From an uncultured delta proteobacterium (GTDB lineage: Bacteria; Desulfobacterota; Desulfuromonadia; Geobacterales; Pseudopelobacteraceae), in NCBI GenBank assembly GCA_963772835.1, contig CAVYYZ010000006.1:1-64000 (forward strand): 64,000 nucleotides of DNA. The letters run 5' to 3'. A program made the position numbers and the translations under genes. The notes under the pieces were generated by a model. The model made no database searches and was not told where the DNA came from. It saw only the letters and a program-made list of their open reading frames with translations. Below, in pieces: positions 9,422 to 19,718 of this stretch. The number at the start of each line of letters is the position of its first letter. The first letter of the stretch is position 1.

Positions 9422-10384
9422 TCACTGGATCTTTCTGTCAATGATCGCTGCAAGTTTTGGAGGGACCTGGATCTGTGCGGCGTTCGCGCTCTTCTGGTTG
9501 AAGATGATGATCTGTTTTTTACTGGTTTCAATCGGGAGGGACGCCGGCCTGGCGCCTCTCAGGATTTTTGCCGCTTTCTCTCCGGCCTGTCTGCCGATCT
9601 GATACGGACTGGTGGTTACACCCAACATCACCCCCTTTTCTACGAGGTCTTCAAGATGGGTCAGGGTAACGGTCCGGAATTTGCCGGCTGACGCCACGAT
9701 ATCATGTATGTGGCTGTCGACAAAATTGCTGCCGGTTACATACACAGCGTCTGAGGTGCGCATGACTTCAGGCAGTACATATGTGAAGTCTTTGTCTTTG
9801 GTCATCGGGACCGGCACCACCTTCAAACCGCGGCTCTGCTGAAGTTCCATAAGGTCCCGCAGCAGATATTCTGAATTCGATTCTGCCGGATTATACAGTA
9901 CGGCCAGACTTTTAACCTCCTTGAGGAGTTTAAGCGTATCGAGTAGTGTCGACATGGGGATAATGGTTGAAGTGCCGGTGGTGTTATTGCCGGAACTGCG
10001 CCAGGACTTGGCAATACCGCTTTTTACCGGGTCATAGACAACGCTGAAGACAATCGGTTTTACCGTGATGGTCTTTGAGAGCATTGTCGTTGCGGACGTT
10101 CCCAGCGTAAAAAACAGATCCAATTTTGACTCCGCAAACGTATGCACCAGATCGGCTGCGGTTGCCTTGTTTCCATTGGCATTTTCCACGACGTATACCG
10201 TCTCCGGTTCTCCGAAGCCTTCCTGTTTCAAACTGTCCTTGAATCCGCGAAATGCCTCCTGATATCTTGTTTCGCTGCTGAACAGAAAAACGCCGATCTT
10301 TTTGCCGGCGCACGCATCGGTGGCATACAGAGCTGTGAGAAAGGCCGCCAGTATTACGGCCACATACCGGTTCGATATCGTCAT
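9422..10384 (-). CDS. ABC-type periplasmic substrate-binding protein (ABC_sub_bind family), no transporter adjacent
   Basis: Signal peptide; PIVFS.V.DPV.SG, GNNTTG and KILRG..PA.LPIE motifs. Confidence 0.85.
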   Translation of the reverse strand: MTISNRYVAVILAAFLTALYATDACAGKKIGVFLFSSETRYQEAFRGFKDSLKQEGFGEPETVYVVENANGNKATAADLVHTFAESKLDLFFTLGTSATTMLSKTITVKPIVFSVVYDPVKSGIAKSWRSSGNNTTGTSTIIPMSTLLDTLKLLKEVKSLAVLYNPAESNSEYLLRDLMELQQSRGLKVVPVPMTKDKDFTYVLPEVMRTSDAVYVTGSNFVDSHIHDIVASAGKFRTVTLTHLEDLVEKGVMLGVTTSPYQIGRQAGEKAAKILRGARPASLPIETSKKQIIIFNQKSANAAQIQVPPKLAAIIDRKIQ

Positions 10385-10574
10385 GTCCCGTTACTCCTTC
10401 GGATCAAAAAAAGTATCTTCCATTAGGTAGCAAAAATACAGTGGTTTATCCATATTTTTGTTGACGGGACGGCAGTGATGATGTGCCAGAAGTACTACTT
10501 CCCGCCGCCTGAATGTGAAATAATGTGGTATCATAAGACGGTATTACATCACCATGAACCCAGGGGGGTTTCTT

Positions 10575-11105
10575 ATGTCAGCGGTCATCGAAATTATCCA
10601 GGGAGACATTACGACACTGGCGGTTGATGCGATTGTCAATGCCGCCAACAATACTCTGTTGGGAGGAGGCGGAGTAGACGGCGCCATACACCGGACAGCC
10701 GGTCCGGGACTGCTGCAGGAATGCGCCGCTCTTCAGGGGTGCAATACCGGTGATGCAAAAATTACCGGTGGTTACAATCTCCCTGCAAAGCATGTCATTC
10801 ATACCGTCGGTCCGGTCTGGCAGGATGGCAGCCATGGAGAACCGGCGCTGCTGGAGTCCGCCTACCGCCACTGTTTTGAGGTGGCGCACGAGAACGGTCT
10901 GAAGAGCATCGCCTTTCCCGCCGTCAGCGCCGGTGTCTACGGTTATCCGATGCGCAAGGCTGCGGTTATCGCGCTTGCAGCTGCCCGGACAGCAATCAGT
11001 CAGCACCCTGAACTGGAGCGGGTTGTTTTTGTCCAGTTCAATGCTCCGGCACAGCAGGTCTACCGGGAAGCGGCTTTAAAACTGGGGATAGCTTTCAAAC
11101 GATGA
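10575..11105 (+). CDS. ymdB: Macrodomain O-acetyl-ADP-ribose deacetylase (YmdB-like)
   Basis: [43 protein letters not shown]. Confidence 0.92.
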   Translation: MSAVIEIIQGDITTLAVDAIVNAANNTLLGGGGVDGAIHRTAGPGLLQECAALQGCNTGDAKITGGYNLPAKHVIHTVGPVWQDGSHGEPALLESAYRHCFEVAHENGLKSIAFPAVSAGVYGYPMRKAAVIALAAARTAISQHPELERVVFVQFNAPAQQVYREAALKLGIAFKR

Positions 11106-11109
11106 GTTC

Positions 11110-12252
11110 TTAATCCAGGGTCTTCCGGTACCGCTTGACACCGATGGCGAGAACGATCACGGCGAACAGCGTGATCTGCCAGAGCTGCAGCACCACTTCC
11201 CCTACACCGTTCCCCTTGAGCAGAATTCCCCGCACGATGCGTAAAAAATGGGTGAGAGGCAGCACTTCGCCGATGGCCTGTGCCCAACCCGGCATGCCGC
11301 GGAACGGAAACATGAATCCTGAGAGCAGCAGTGACGGGAGGAAGAAGAAAAAAGTCATCTGCACGGCCTGCAGCTGGTTTTTTGCCAGGGTGGAAAAGGT
11401 GATCCCCATCGCCAGGTTTGCGGCGATAAAAACCGACGCGCAGAGGAGCAGCAGGGGGATGCTGCCGGCCATCGGCACATGGAAGATATATCCTGCCGCA
11501 ACCAGGATCAGGCTGACCTGGATGTAGCCGACGAAAATATAGGGGACGATCTTGCCGAGCAGCACCTCCAGCGGGCGTGTCGGCATGGAAAGGAGGTTTT
11601 CCATCGTGCCCCGTTCCCGTTCACGGGTAATGGCCAGGCCGGTGATCATGACCATCGTCATCGTCAGCACCACCCCCATCAACCCGGGGACGATATTGTA
11701 CTGCGAGATCCCCTCAGGATTGTAGCGGGCATGGACACGCAGATTTACCGGGCCGTCGCTCCCGGCGAGATACGCCAGCGGCCCCGTGAGGTCATGCTGA
11801 AGCGAGCTGGTGATCAGCGTCCGGAGGGAGGCGATGGCGTTGCCGGTGGCAGAAGGGTCGGTCGCATCCGCTTCAACGAGGAGTGTCGGCTTTTCGCCGC
11901 GCAGCAGGGAGCGGCTGAAATTTTCCGGAATCGTGACGACGAACTGGACTTCACCGCGTGCAAGGGCCGCCTCTCCCTCAGCTTCGCTCTGTACCTGGCG
12001 GACGAATCTGAAATAATCGCTGTTTTTGAGCGCAGAGAGCAGGGAACGCCCCTGCTGACTGCTGTCTGCCAGCAGTACTGCGGTGGGGAGATGCTTCGGA
12101 TCGCCGTTTATGGCGAAACCGAAAAGCATCAGCTGAACGACCGGGATGCCGACGATCATGCCGAAGGTAAGGCGGTCCCGGCGCATCTGAATAAACTCCT
12201 TGATGACGATAGCCCAGAAACGGCTGAACGATAACGGGATCCGCTTCTTCAT
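11110..12252 (-). CDS. ABC-2 type exporter permease (YbhS/YbhR-like)
   Basis: KEFIQMRRD, RERERGTME, LLSGFMFP, PLTHFL; multiple TM segments. Confidence 0.92.
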   Translation of the reverse strand: MKKRIPLSFSRFWAIVIKEFIQMRRDRLTFGMIVGIPVVQLMLFGFAINGDPKHLPTAVLLADSSQQGRSLLSALKNSDYFRFVRQVQSEAEGEAALARGEVQFVVTIPENFSRSLLRGEKPTLLVEADATDPSATGNAIASLRTLITSSLQHDLTGPLAYLAGSDGPVNLRVHARYNPEGISQYNIVPGLMGVVLTMTMVMITGLAITRERERGTMENLLSMPTRPLEVLLGKIVPYIFVGYIQVSLILVAAGYIFHVPMAGSIPLLLLCASVFIAANLAMGITFSTLAKNQLQAVQMTFFFFLPSLLLSGFMFPFRGMPGWAQAIGEVLPLTHFLRIVRGILLKGNGVGEVVLQLWQITLFAVIVLAIGVKRYRKTLD

Positions 12253-13295
12253 ATCGAAAAATTATCCTTCGAGTTTCCCATCAGATGGATAAAAACATCT
12301 TCGAGTCCCGGATTGATCTGCTGCACGGTATAGGGCTCCCGGCGATACGGGGCAATTGCCCGTTCAAGATCCGCCGCATCGGTACCGCTCACGTGGAGTT
12401 TTGTGCCGAAGGCCACAGCCTGGCGTACTCCTTCGCTTTCGCGCAGCCGCCGGGCGATCTCCTGCAGGTCGGGGCCGCCCACCGACCAGGTAGACAGCTG
12501 CGCGCCTGCAATAACCTCGGCTGCCGTTCCTCTGGTCAGCAGATTCCCGTATGAGAGATAGGCAAGCCGGTCGCACCGCTCGGCTTCGTCCATGTAGTGC
12601 GTGGTTATAAGAAAGGTCAGCCCTTCTGCGGCAAGGTCGTGAATCTGCTCCCAGAAATCACGGCGTGCTTTCGGGTCGACCCCTGCTGTCGGTTCATCGA
12701 GCAGAAGCAGTCGCGGTTTATGAATCAGGCAGGCGGCCAGGGCAAGGCGCTGTTTCCACCCGCCCGAAAGTTCGCCGGCCAGCTGTTTCTGCCGTCCGGC
12801 AAGTCCGAGCCGTTCGATGCTGTCCCGTACCGCTTCCCGGCGGTTGCTGACGGCATACATGCGCGCTACGAAATCAAGATTTTCGGCGATGCTCAGATCC
12901 TCATAAAAACTGAAACGCTGGGTCATGTAGCCGACCTGGCGCTTGATGGCTTCGCTTTCACTGATGACATCGAAACCGAGACAGGTCCCCTCGCCCGCAT
13001 CGGCGGCGAGCAGTCCGCAGAGCATACGGATAAAGGTCGTTTTGCCGCTGCCGTTCGGTCCGAGAAATCCGTACACCTCCCCACTGCGCACCTGAAGGTC
13101 AATGCCGTTGACGACGGTATGCTCCCCGAAGCGCTTGGTCATCCCGCGTACATCGATGGCCAATTCCAGATCAAAGCGCCCTCTTCGTTGGCTTGTCTTC
13201 GGCTCCTCAATATTCTGTTTGTATGCCTTCGTCGCCTCAATCCTCGCCGCCTTGACTGCATCTTTGATTTGAAATTGGCGTATGTTGTCCGTCAT
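12249..13295 (-). CDS. ABC exporter ATP-binding subunit
   Basis: GPNGSGKT, LSGGW, LLLDEPT, TTHYMDEAE; 4-bp overlaps with both neighbours. Confidence 0.93.
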   Translation of the reverse strand: MTDNIRQFQIKDAVKAARIEATKAYKQNIEEPKTSQRRGRFDLELAIDVRGMTKRFGEHTVVNGIDLQVRSGEVYGFLGPNGSGKTTFIRMLCGLLAADAGEGTCLGFDVISESEAIKRQVGYMTQRFSFYEDLSIAENLDFVARMYAVSNRREAVRDSIERLGLAGRQKQLAGELSGGWKQRLALAACLIHKPRLLLLDEPTAGVDPKARRDFWEQIHDLAAEGLTFLITTHYMDEAERCDRLAYLSYGNLLTRGTAAEVIAGAQLSTWSVGGPDLQEIARRLRESEGVRQAVAFGTKLHVSGTDAADLERAIAPYRREPYTVQQINPGLEDVFIHLMGNSKDNFSI

Positions 13296-14287
13296 GGCCC
13301 GGAACCGAATCTGACAGTCACCGGCTGCCCCGGATGGAGCTGTGCTGCGGTGGAGGGAGCGAACGTCAGTTCGACCATGTAGACCAGTTTCTGACGGCTC
13401 TCCCGGCTGTAAATGACCGGCGGTGTGTATTCCGCCTGGGGTGATATGAAATTCACGACTCCGGAAACGGGCGCAGATGCCCCGTCAACCGTTACCTGCG
13501 CCCGGTCACCCGGATGAATTGCCGCCAGGAGCGGTTCCGGAACAAAAACCCTGACCTTGATGTTGCCCGGGGGGAGCAGGACAATGACCGGCCTGCCGGC
13601 GGTGATCCATTCCCCCTGGCGGTACAGCGTGTCGAACACCAGTCCGGTTGCCGGCGCTCTCTGCTGCCTCTCGGTAAGATCCCATTCGCTCCTGGTCAGT
13701 GCCGCTTCCAGTGCCCGCATGCTTGCCTCGGTCGCCGCTATCTGATCAACACGCGATCCGAGTTTTGCCGTACCGAGTTCGGCTTCAAGCTGTTTCACCC
13801 TCTGCCGGTCCTGATCGCGCTGGGAGCGGAGCCGGTCAACATCCTGAACCGATACTATGCCGGCGGCGAGCAGTTTCTCCTGACGCAGCAGCTCTTTTTC
13901 CGAATACTGCAGCGCTGTCCGGGCAAGATTTAACTGGGCTGTCGTCGCATCAATTTCAGTCGGCCGCTTCCCTTTCTTTGCATCAGCCAGTTGCGAACGG
14001 ATCTGGGCGATGCGCAGCTTTGTTTCATCACGCGCAGCTTTTTCCTGGACATTTTCCAGGGCAAAAAGGGGATCTCCCTCCTTGACCTGTGTGCCCCGCC
14101 GTACGAAGAGCGACTCCAGCCTCCCCGGCAACGGAGCGGCTATGTAGACGAACTCCCCCTCGACATACCCCTGTACCGTGCCCGGTACAGGAGGCGCACT
14201 CGTGCATCCGCCGACAAGGCAGAGCAGCGCCGCAGCAGCGCCGGGAAGCATACATACCACTTGTTTGAGAGAAGTTGTTCTGATCAT
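13292..14287 (-). CDS. HlyD-family periplasmic adaptor (YbhG-like)
   Basis: N-terminal anchor, lipoyl halves (V..G..V..GD.LF), coiled coil, IS..AEYTPP motif. Confidence 0.9.
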   Translation of the reverse strand: MIRTTSLKQVVCMLPGAAAALLCLVGGCTSAPPVPGTVQGYVEGEFVYIAAPLPGRLESLFVRRGTQVKEGDPLFALENVQEKAARDETKLRIAQIRSQLADAKKGKRPTEIDATTAQLNLARTALQYSEKELLRQEKLLAAGIVSVQDVDRLRSQRDQDRQRVKQLEAELGTAKLGSRVDQIAATEASMRALEAALTRSEWDLTERQQRAPATGLVFDTLYRQGEWITAGRPVIVLLPPGNIKVRVFVPEPLLAAIHPGDRAQVTVDGASAPVSGVVNFISPQAEYTPPVIYSRESRQKLVYMVELTFAPSTAAQLHPGQPVTVRFGSGP

Positions 14288-14609
14288 GGTCTGTTTTTCC
14301 TTTTTCCAGCGGGAGCATCAATCAGCAAAACTCAAAATAAAGAGGAGAGGGATATCATATCGATTTTATCATGTCTCACCGGCTTGACAACGGGTGTATT
14401 CAAACCGAACCATCCGGTAAATCCGGATAAATAATGTCAGTTTCAATTCATACGTGAGTAGTTTTGTTCTTGCAAGATTTTGTTGATCTGACGCAGTATG
14501 GGAACCGGGCCGGATTCCTGTCAGTTACACGTCGTATCATCCGCCGCGCTCACGAGTAAAATTACCAATGAACATGACCACACGTCATGGCCGCCCCAGG
14601 AGTGTCTCA

Positions 14610-15449
14610 ATGAAATTTACCGGAACCGATTCGTATATTGCGACTGATGACCTGATGCTGGCGGTCAATTCCGCCATCGTACTTGAGCGCCCCCTGCTGA
14701 TCAAGGGCGAACCGGGCACGGGTAAAACCATGCTGGCTGAAGAGGTGGCACGGGCACTCGGGAAACCGCTCTTCCAGTGGCACATCAAATCGTCCACCAA
14801 GGCACAGCAGGGGCTGTATGAATACGATGCGGTGTCCCGGCTGCGCGATTCCCAACTGGGCGATCCCAGGGTTCACGCCATATCCAACTACATCGTCAAG
14901 GGGAAGCTGTGGGAGGCTTTTGACTCCGACTGTCAGGCCGTCGTGCTTATCGACGAGGTTGACAAGGCCGACATCGAGTTTCCCAATGACCTGCTGCGCG
15001 AACTGGATCGTATGGAATTCTATGTCTACGAAACTCAGCAGGTAGTGCAGGCCAGACACCGCCCCATAATTATTATTACCAGCAATAATGAAAAAGAGCT
15101 GCCGGATGCCTTCCTCCGACGCTGTTTTTTTCACTTCATACGATTTCCTGATCGGGAGACGCTCGAGCAGATTGTCGCTGTTCACTATCCCGATATCCAA
15201 TCCTCCTTGGTAAAAGAGGCGTTGGAAGTCTTTCTGGGCGTCAGGGACATCCCGGGGCTGAAGAAAAAACCTTCCACCTCGGAACTGCTTGATTGGCTGA
15301 AAATCCTGCTGGCTGAAAAGATCGGGCCGGAGTATCTGAAAAACAGCCGTAAAGACCGACAGATCCCCCCTCTACACGGCGCCCTGCTCAAAAACGAACT
15401 GGATCTGCTCCTCTTTGGATCATCACGGCGCCAGTCCGCCGGTTACTGA
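14610..15449 (+). CDS. MoxR-family AAA+ ATPase
   Basis: GEPGTGKT, LIDEVDKAD, ITSNNEKELPDAFLRRC; start MKFTG after AGGAG. Confidence 0.92.
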   Translation: MKFTGTDSYIATDDLMLAVNSAIVLERPLLIKGEPGTGKTMLAEEVARALGKPLFQWHIKSSTKAQQGLYEYDAVSRLRDSQLGDPRVHAISNYIVKGKLWEAFDSDCQAVVLIDEVDKADIEFPNDLLRELDRMEFYVYETQQVVQARHRPIIIITSNNEKELPDAFLRRCFFHFIRFPDRETLEQIVAVHYPDIQSSLVKEALEVFLGVRDIPGLKKKPSTSELLDWLKILLAEKIGPEYLKNSRKDRQIPPLHGALLKNELDLLLFGSSRRQSAGY

Positions 15450-15458
15450 GCGCCGCCG

Positions 15459-16637
15459 ATGTTGACAGATTTTTTTCAGCAGCTGCGCAAAGCCGGAATC
15501 CCGGTCAGTATCATGGAGTTTCTTACGCTGCTTGAGGCCATGCAGAAGCATCTGGCCTTTGGCAGTGCAGAGAATTTCTATTATCTGGCACGGCTCTGCA
15601 TGGTGAAGGACGAGACCCATTTCGACAAGTTCGATCGGGTTTTCATGGAGTATTTCAAGGGGATGGTTGTTCCAGTTGAAGATCTGAATCAGGAAATACC
15701 CGAGGAGTGGCTGCGCAGGTTGGCGGAGAAATTTCTTACCGATGAGGAAAAACAGCAGATTCAGGCCATGGGAGGCCTGGAAAAACTGATGGAAACCCTG
15801 AAAAAGCGTCTTGAAGAGCAGAAAGAGCGGCATCAGGGGGGGAGCAAATGGATCGGCACCGGCGGGACATCCCCTTTTGGCGCCTACGGCTACAACCCGG
15901 AAGGAATCCGCATCGGCCAGAGCGAGTCACGCCACCGGCGTGCCGTCAAGGTGTGGGAGAAGCGGGAATTCAGAGACCTTGACGACTCCGTCGAACTGGG
16001 AACACGCAACATGAAGGTGGCGCTGCGCAAACTGCGCACCTTTGCCAGGGAGGGGGAGGCTCTGGAGCTGGATCTCCCCGGCACGATCCGGGCAACGGCC
16101 GGCAATGCAGGTTTTCTCGATATCAAGATGGTGCCGGAGCGGCACAACAAGGTGAAGGTACTGCTGTTTCTTGATGTGGGCGGGTCAATGGATCCGCATG
16201 TAGAGATATGCGAACAGCTGTTTTCAGCGGCCAGAAGCGAGTTCAAGCATCTTGAATATTTCTACTTTCATAATTTTGTTTATGAACGGGTATGGCGCGA
16301 AAATCAGCGACGCTGGGATGCACACCTTGATACCGTTACCCTGATCAACCAGTTCGGACCCGACTACAAACTGGTCATCGTTGGCGATGCCAGCATGAGC
16401 CCCTACGAAATTCATCTGCCGGGCGGGAGTGTCGAGCACCACAATCCGGAACCCGGTTCGGCCTGGCTCACGCGTTTGACGGATCACTACCGCCGGGCAG
16501 TCTGGCTTAATCCTGAGCCGCAGCAGCAGTGGAAATACACTCATTCGATACAGATCACGGAGCAGCTCATGGCCGGGCAGATGTTTCCGCTGAACATGGA
16601 CGGCATTGATCGTGCGATCAAATTTTTAGGTACCTGA
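15459..16637 (+). CDS. VWA-domain (CoxE-like) partner of the MoxR ATPase
   Basis: LFLDVGGSM MIDAS-like motif, WIGTGGTSPFG, YFYFHN, VGDASM.PYE; 9 bp after the ATPase. Confidence 0.88.
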   Translation: MLTDFFQQLRKAGIPVSIMEFLTLLEAMQKHLAFGSAENFYYLARLCMVKDETHFDKFDRVFMEYFKGMVVPVEDLNQEIPEEWLRRLAEKFLTDEEKQQIQAMGGLEKLMETLKKRLEEQKERHQGGSKWIGTGGTSPFGAYGYNPEGIRIGQSESRHRRAVKVWEKREFRDLDDSVELGTRNMKVALRKLRTFAREGEALELDLPGTIRATAGNAGFLDIKMVPERHNKVKVLLFLDVGGSMDPHVEICEQLFSAARSEFKHLEYFYFHNFVYERVWRENQRRWDAHLDTVTLINQFGPDYKLVIVGDASMSPYEIHLPGGSVEHHNPEPGSAWLTRLTDHYRRAVWLNPEPQQQWKYTHSIQITEQLMAGQMFPLNMDGIDRAIKFLGT

Positions 16638-16765
16638 AAATTCCGGCGGGTGCTGCACGGCTCTCCGCCCCGTAATGCGGAACGTTACCTATAAACGGGG
16701 CACGGTTTTCTCCAGGCCTTCCCCTCCGCTTGCCGATGCCCCACATAGTATGCTACAACTCCTCC

Positions 16766-18712
16766 ATGCTCCAACTCATAAACCTGTCCAAAAATTTCGC
16801 CGGTAAGCCGCTCTTTACCTCCATCTCCTGGCACCTGAAAAAAGGTGAGCGGGTGGCACTGGTCGGAGAAAACGGCGCCGGCAAATCGACTCTGATGAAG
16901 ATCATCGCCGGGCTGACCGAGCCGTCATCGGGTGAGATCCAGTTTGCCCGGGGTGCCAAGGCGTCCTATCTGCCGCAGGACGGCATTGTCACTGCCGGCC
17001 AGTCGCTGTTCCATGAAGCCCGTGCCGCGCTCTCTGAACTGCTGGCCATGGAAGATGAGCTGCACCGGATCGGCCTGGATCTGGAACGCCTTCCCCACGA
17101 TTCGCCGGAACATGATCAGATCCTGGCAAGGTACGGTGAACTGCAGGAACAGTTCCGTCATGGCGGCGGCTATACGATGGAGGCCGAGATCGGCACCGTG
17201 CTCAAGGGGCTCGGCTTTGCTCAAGCAGACTGGCACCGCGATTGCGGCGAATTCTCCGGCGGGTGGCAGATGCGCATCGCGCTGGCCTGTCTGCTGCTGC
17301 AGAAACCGGATGTCCTGCTGCTGGATGAGCCGACCAACCATCTGGATATCGAGGCCCGCAACTGGCTGGAGGAATATCTCTGTGCCTATCCCGGTTCGGT
17401 CATTCTTGTCTCACACGACCGCTTCTTCATGGACAGCGTCTGCAGCCGCATTGCCGAAGTCTGGAATCACACGATTGCCGATTATCACTGCCGCTACTCG
17501 ACCTATCTCCACCAGCGCGATGAACGGGTCACCGCACTGCGCAACGCCAAGCGGATTCAGGATGAGGAGATAGAAAAGACTGAGGATTTTATCCGCCGTT
17601 TCCGCTACCAGGCCAACAAAGCCTCGCAGGTTCAGTCCCGGGTCAAGCAGCTGGAAAAGGTGGAGCGGATTGTTCTGCCGCCCGAGAGGAAAAAGATCCG
17701 TTTCCAGTTTCCTGATGCGCCGAAGAGCGGAAAGAGCGTGGTCGAACTTACAGGACTGACCCGTTCTTTCGGCGACCACACCGTTCTGAACCGGATTGAC
17801 CTGAACATAGAAAAAGGGGAGCGGGTAGCCCTGGTGGGGCACAACGGTGCCGGAAAATCGACCCTGATGGCGGTGCTGGCCGGGGGTGAATTCCAGGGGG
17901 GGGAGCGGATCGTCGGGCACAATGTCAGTATGGATTATTTTGCCCAGGATCAGGCTAACGCACTGGATCAGAGCCGTTCAGCCTACGATGAACTGTATGC
18001 GGAGGCACCGTACGATATGGTGCCGAAACTGCGTGACATTCTGGGGGCGTTTCTCTTCTCGGGAGACGACATCCACAAGCAGGTCAGTGTTCTTTCCGGC
18101 GGTGAGCGGAATCGTCTCGCTCTGGCCAAGATGCTGCTGCGTCCGTCCAACCTGCTGCTGATGGACGAACCGACCAACCATCTCGATCTGAACAGCAAGG
18201 AGGTGCTGCTGGACGCCCTCAAAGGTTTTGACGGCACGGTGGTGTTCGTTTCCCATGACCGCTATTTTGTCAATGCCCTGGCAACGAGGGTGGTTGAGGT
18301 TGACGGCGGAGGAGTAGAAAACTATTTCGGGGATTACGAATATTATCTGGGGAAAAAAGCAGGCGCATCCGCCTCGGGCGCGGGGACTCCTGCCGCCGGA
18401 GCTGCAATTCCGGCCGCCTCAGGCGATTCTTCTCCTGCGCCGTTGCCACCCCTGAACAAGGACCTGAGGCTCAAGGACCGTGAAGAGGAAAAGCGCCGCA
18501 AGCGCGAGGATCAGTCTCGCCAGAAGCGGATGAGCGAAATCGAATCATTGATTGCATCGGTAGAAAAGGAGCTGGCACAACTGGAAGTGGAGATGAATGC
18601 GCCCGGTTTCTTCGATGACCCGGAGCGTGGCCTGCAGGGGGGGGAGCGCCACGCCGCACTGAATGCCCGGCTGGAAGGGTTGTACGGTGAGTGGGAGGAG
18701 CTGTCGGGGTGA
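16766..18712 (+). CDS. ABC-F family ATPase
   Basis: Two ABC domains (GENGAGKS/FSGG/DEPTNHLD and GHNGAGKS/LSGGE/DEPTNHLD), no TM segments, C-terminal coiled coil. Confidence 0.93.
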   Translation: MLQLINLSKNFAGKPLFTSISWHLKKGERVALVGENGAGKSTLMKIIAGLTEPSSGEIQFARGAKASYLPQDGIVTAGQSLFHEARAALSELLAMEDELHRIGLDLERLPHDSPEHDQILARYGELQEQFRHGGGYTMEAEIGTVLKGLGFAQADWHRDCGEFSGGWQMRIALACLLLQKPDVLLLDEPTNHLDIEARNWLEEYLCAYPGSVILVSHDRFFMDSVCSRIAEVWNHTIADYHCRYSTYLHQRDERVTALRNAKRIQDEEIEKTEDFIRRFRYQANKASQVQSRVKQLEKVERIVLPPERKKIRFQFPDAPKSGKSVVELTGLTRSFGDHTVLNRIDLNIEKGERVALVGHNGAGKSTLMAVLAGGEFQGGERIVGHNVSMDYFAQDQANALDQSRSAYDELYAEAPYDMVPKLRDILGAFLFSGDDIHKQVSVLSGGERNRLALAKMLLRPSNLLLMDEPTNHLDLNSKEVLLDALKGFDGTVVFVSHDRYFVNALATRVVEVDGGGVENYFGDYEYYLGKKAGASASGAGTPAAGAAIPAASGDSSPAPLPPLNKDLRLKDREEEKRRKREDQSRQKRMSEIESLIASVEKELAQLEVEMNAPGFFDDPERGLQGGERHAALNARLEGLYGEWEELSG

Positions 18713-18845
18713 TACACGAAGTAGTTCAAAAAACCGCAGCCAGCCTGATCCGGTAAGAATTGTATTTACCTGCAGCCGGCATATCGGATAAATTTGTAGC
18801 TGTAGTCCACGTCAACCGCAGATATCATTACAGAGGAGGATACTC

Positions 18846-19679
18846 ATGAAAAATCTGGCTGTTGCACTGATGACATTGATCACCCTTTCCCTTTCCGCAC
18901 TGAACGCTTCGGCAGCAGGCACAACAGATATTACCTGGTACGGTCATTCCGCCTTCAAAATCACGACTCCGGGCGGCAAGGTGCTGCTGATCGACCCATG
19001 GCTGGCAAACCCTGCCAATCCAAAAGGGAAGGAACTCCTTGCCGGGCTTGACAAAGTTGATCAGATCCTGTTGACCCATGCACATGGTGATCATATCGGC
19101 AATACTGTCGAAATTGCCAAAAAGACCGGCGCCAAACTGGTTGCCAGTAACGACCTGATGAAGGCGATGGTGAAATATGGCGGTTTCCCGGAGAAACAGG
19201 CCGATTTTGCCGGCACCGGAAACACCGGGGGCACTGTGACGCTGCTTGGTGGTGAAGTGAAGGTTACGTTTGTCCATGCCCTGCACAGTTCCGGTCTGGA
19301 GTATGATGACAGAAGCGGCCTTCCCAGGAGTCTCGCCTATGCAGGGAATCCGGGCGGGTTCATCATCGCCGTTACCAACGGTCCGACGATCTATCATACC
19401 GGTGATACCGATCTGTTCGGTGAGATGAAATTTATCGGTGACCTCTCACAGGTGGATGTGATGATGGCCTGTATCGGCGACAAGTTCACCATGGGGCCGG
19501 ATCGTGCGGCTGCCGCGGTAGAGCTGGTCAATCCGAAAATGGTTATCCCGATGCACTTCGGTACATTTGCCGCGCTGACCGGCACACCTGAAGCGTTTGA
19601 ACAGGCGCTGAAGAAGCGGAATCTGAAAACAGTCTTCAAGCGGATGCAGGTAAATGAGACCTTCAACTGGAAGCCGTAG
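18846..19679 (+). CDS. Secreted metallo-beta-lactamase-fold metal-dependent hydrolase (UPF0173-like)
   Basis: Signal peptide, [26 protein letters not shown]. Confidence 0.88.
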   Translation: MKNLAVALMTLITLSLSALNASAAGTTDITWYGHSAFKITTPGGKVLLIDPWLANPANPKGKELLAGLDKVDQILLTHAHGDHIGNTVEIAKKTGAKLVASNDLMKAMVKYGGFPEKQADFAGTGNTGGTVTLLGGEVKVTFVHALHSSGLEYDDRSGLPRSLAYAGNPGGFIIAVTNGPTIYHTGDTDLFGEMKFIGDLSQVDVMMACIGDKFTMGPDRAAAAVELVNPKMVIPMHFGTFAALTGTPEAFEQALKKRNLKTVFKRMQVNETFNWKP

Positions 19680-19718
19680 TCACAAGAGTTCATACGCAGC
19701 GCAGTCATGAGGTGAATA

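Noticed and set aside
14610..16637. MoxR/VWA pair as a novel system
   Set aside because: A widespread chaperone-like pair with no client gene evident here
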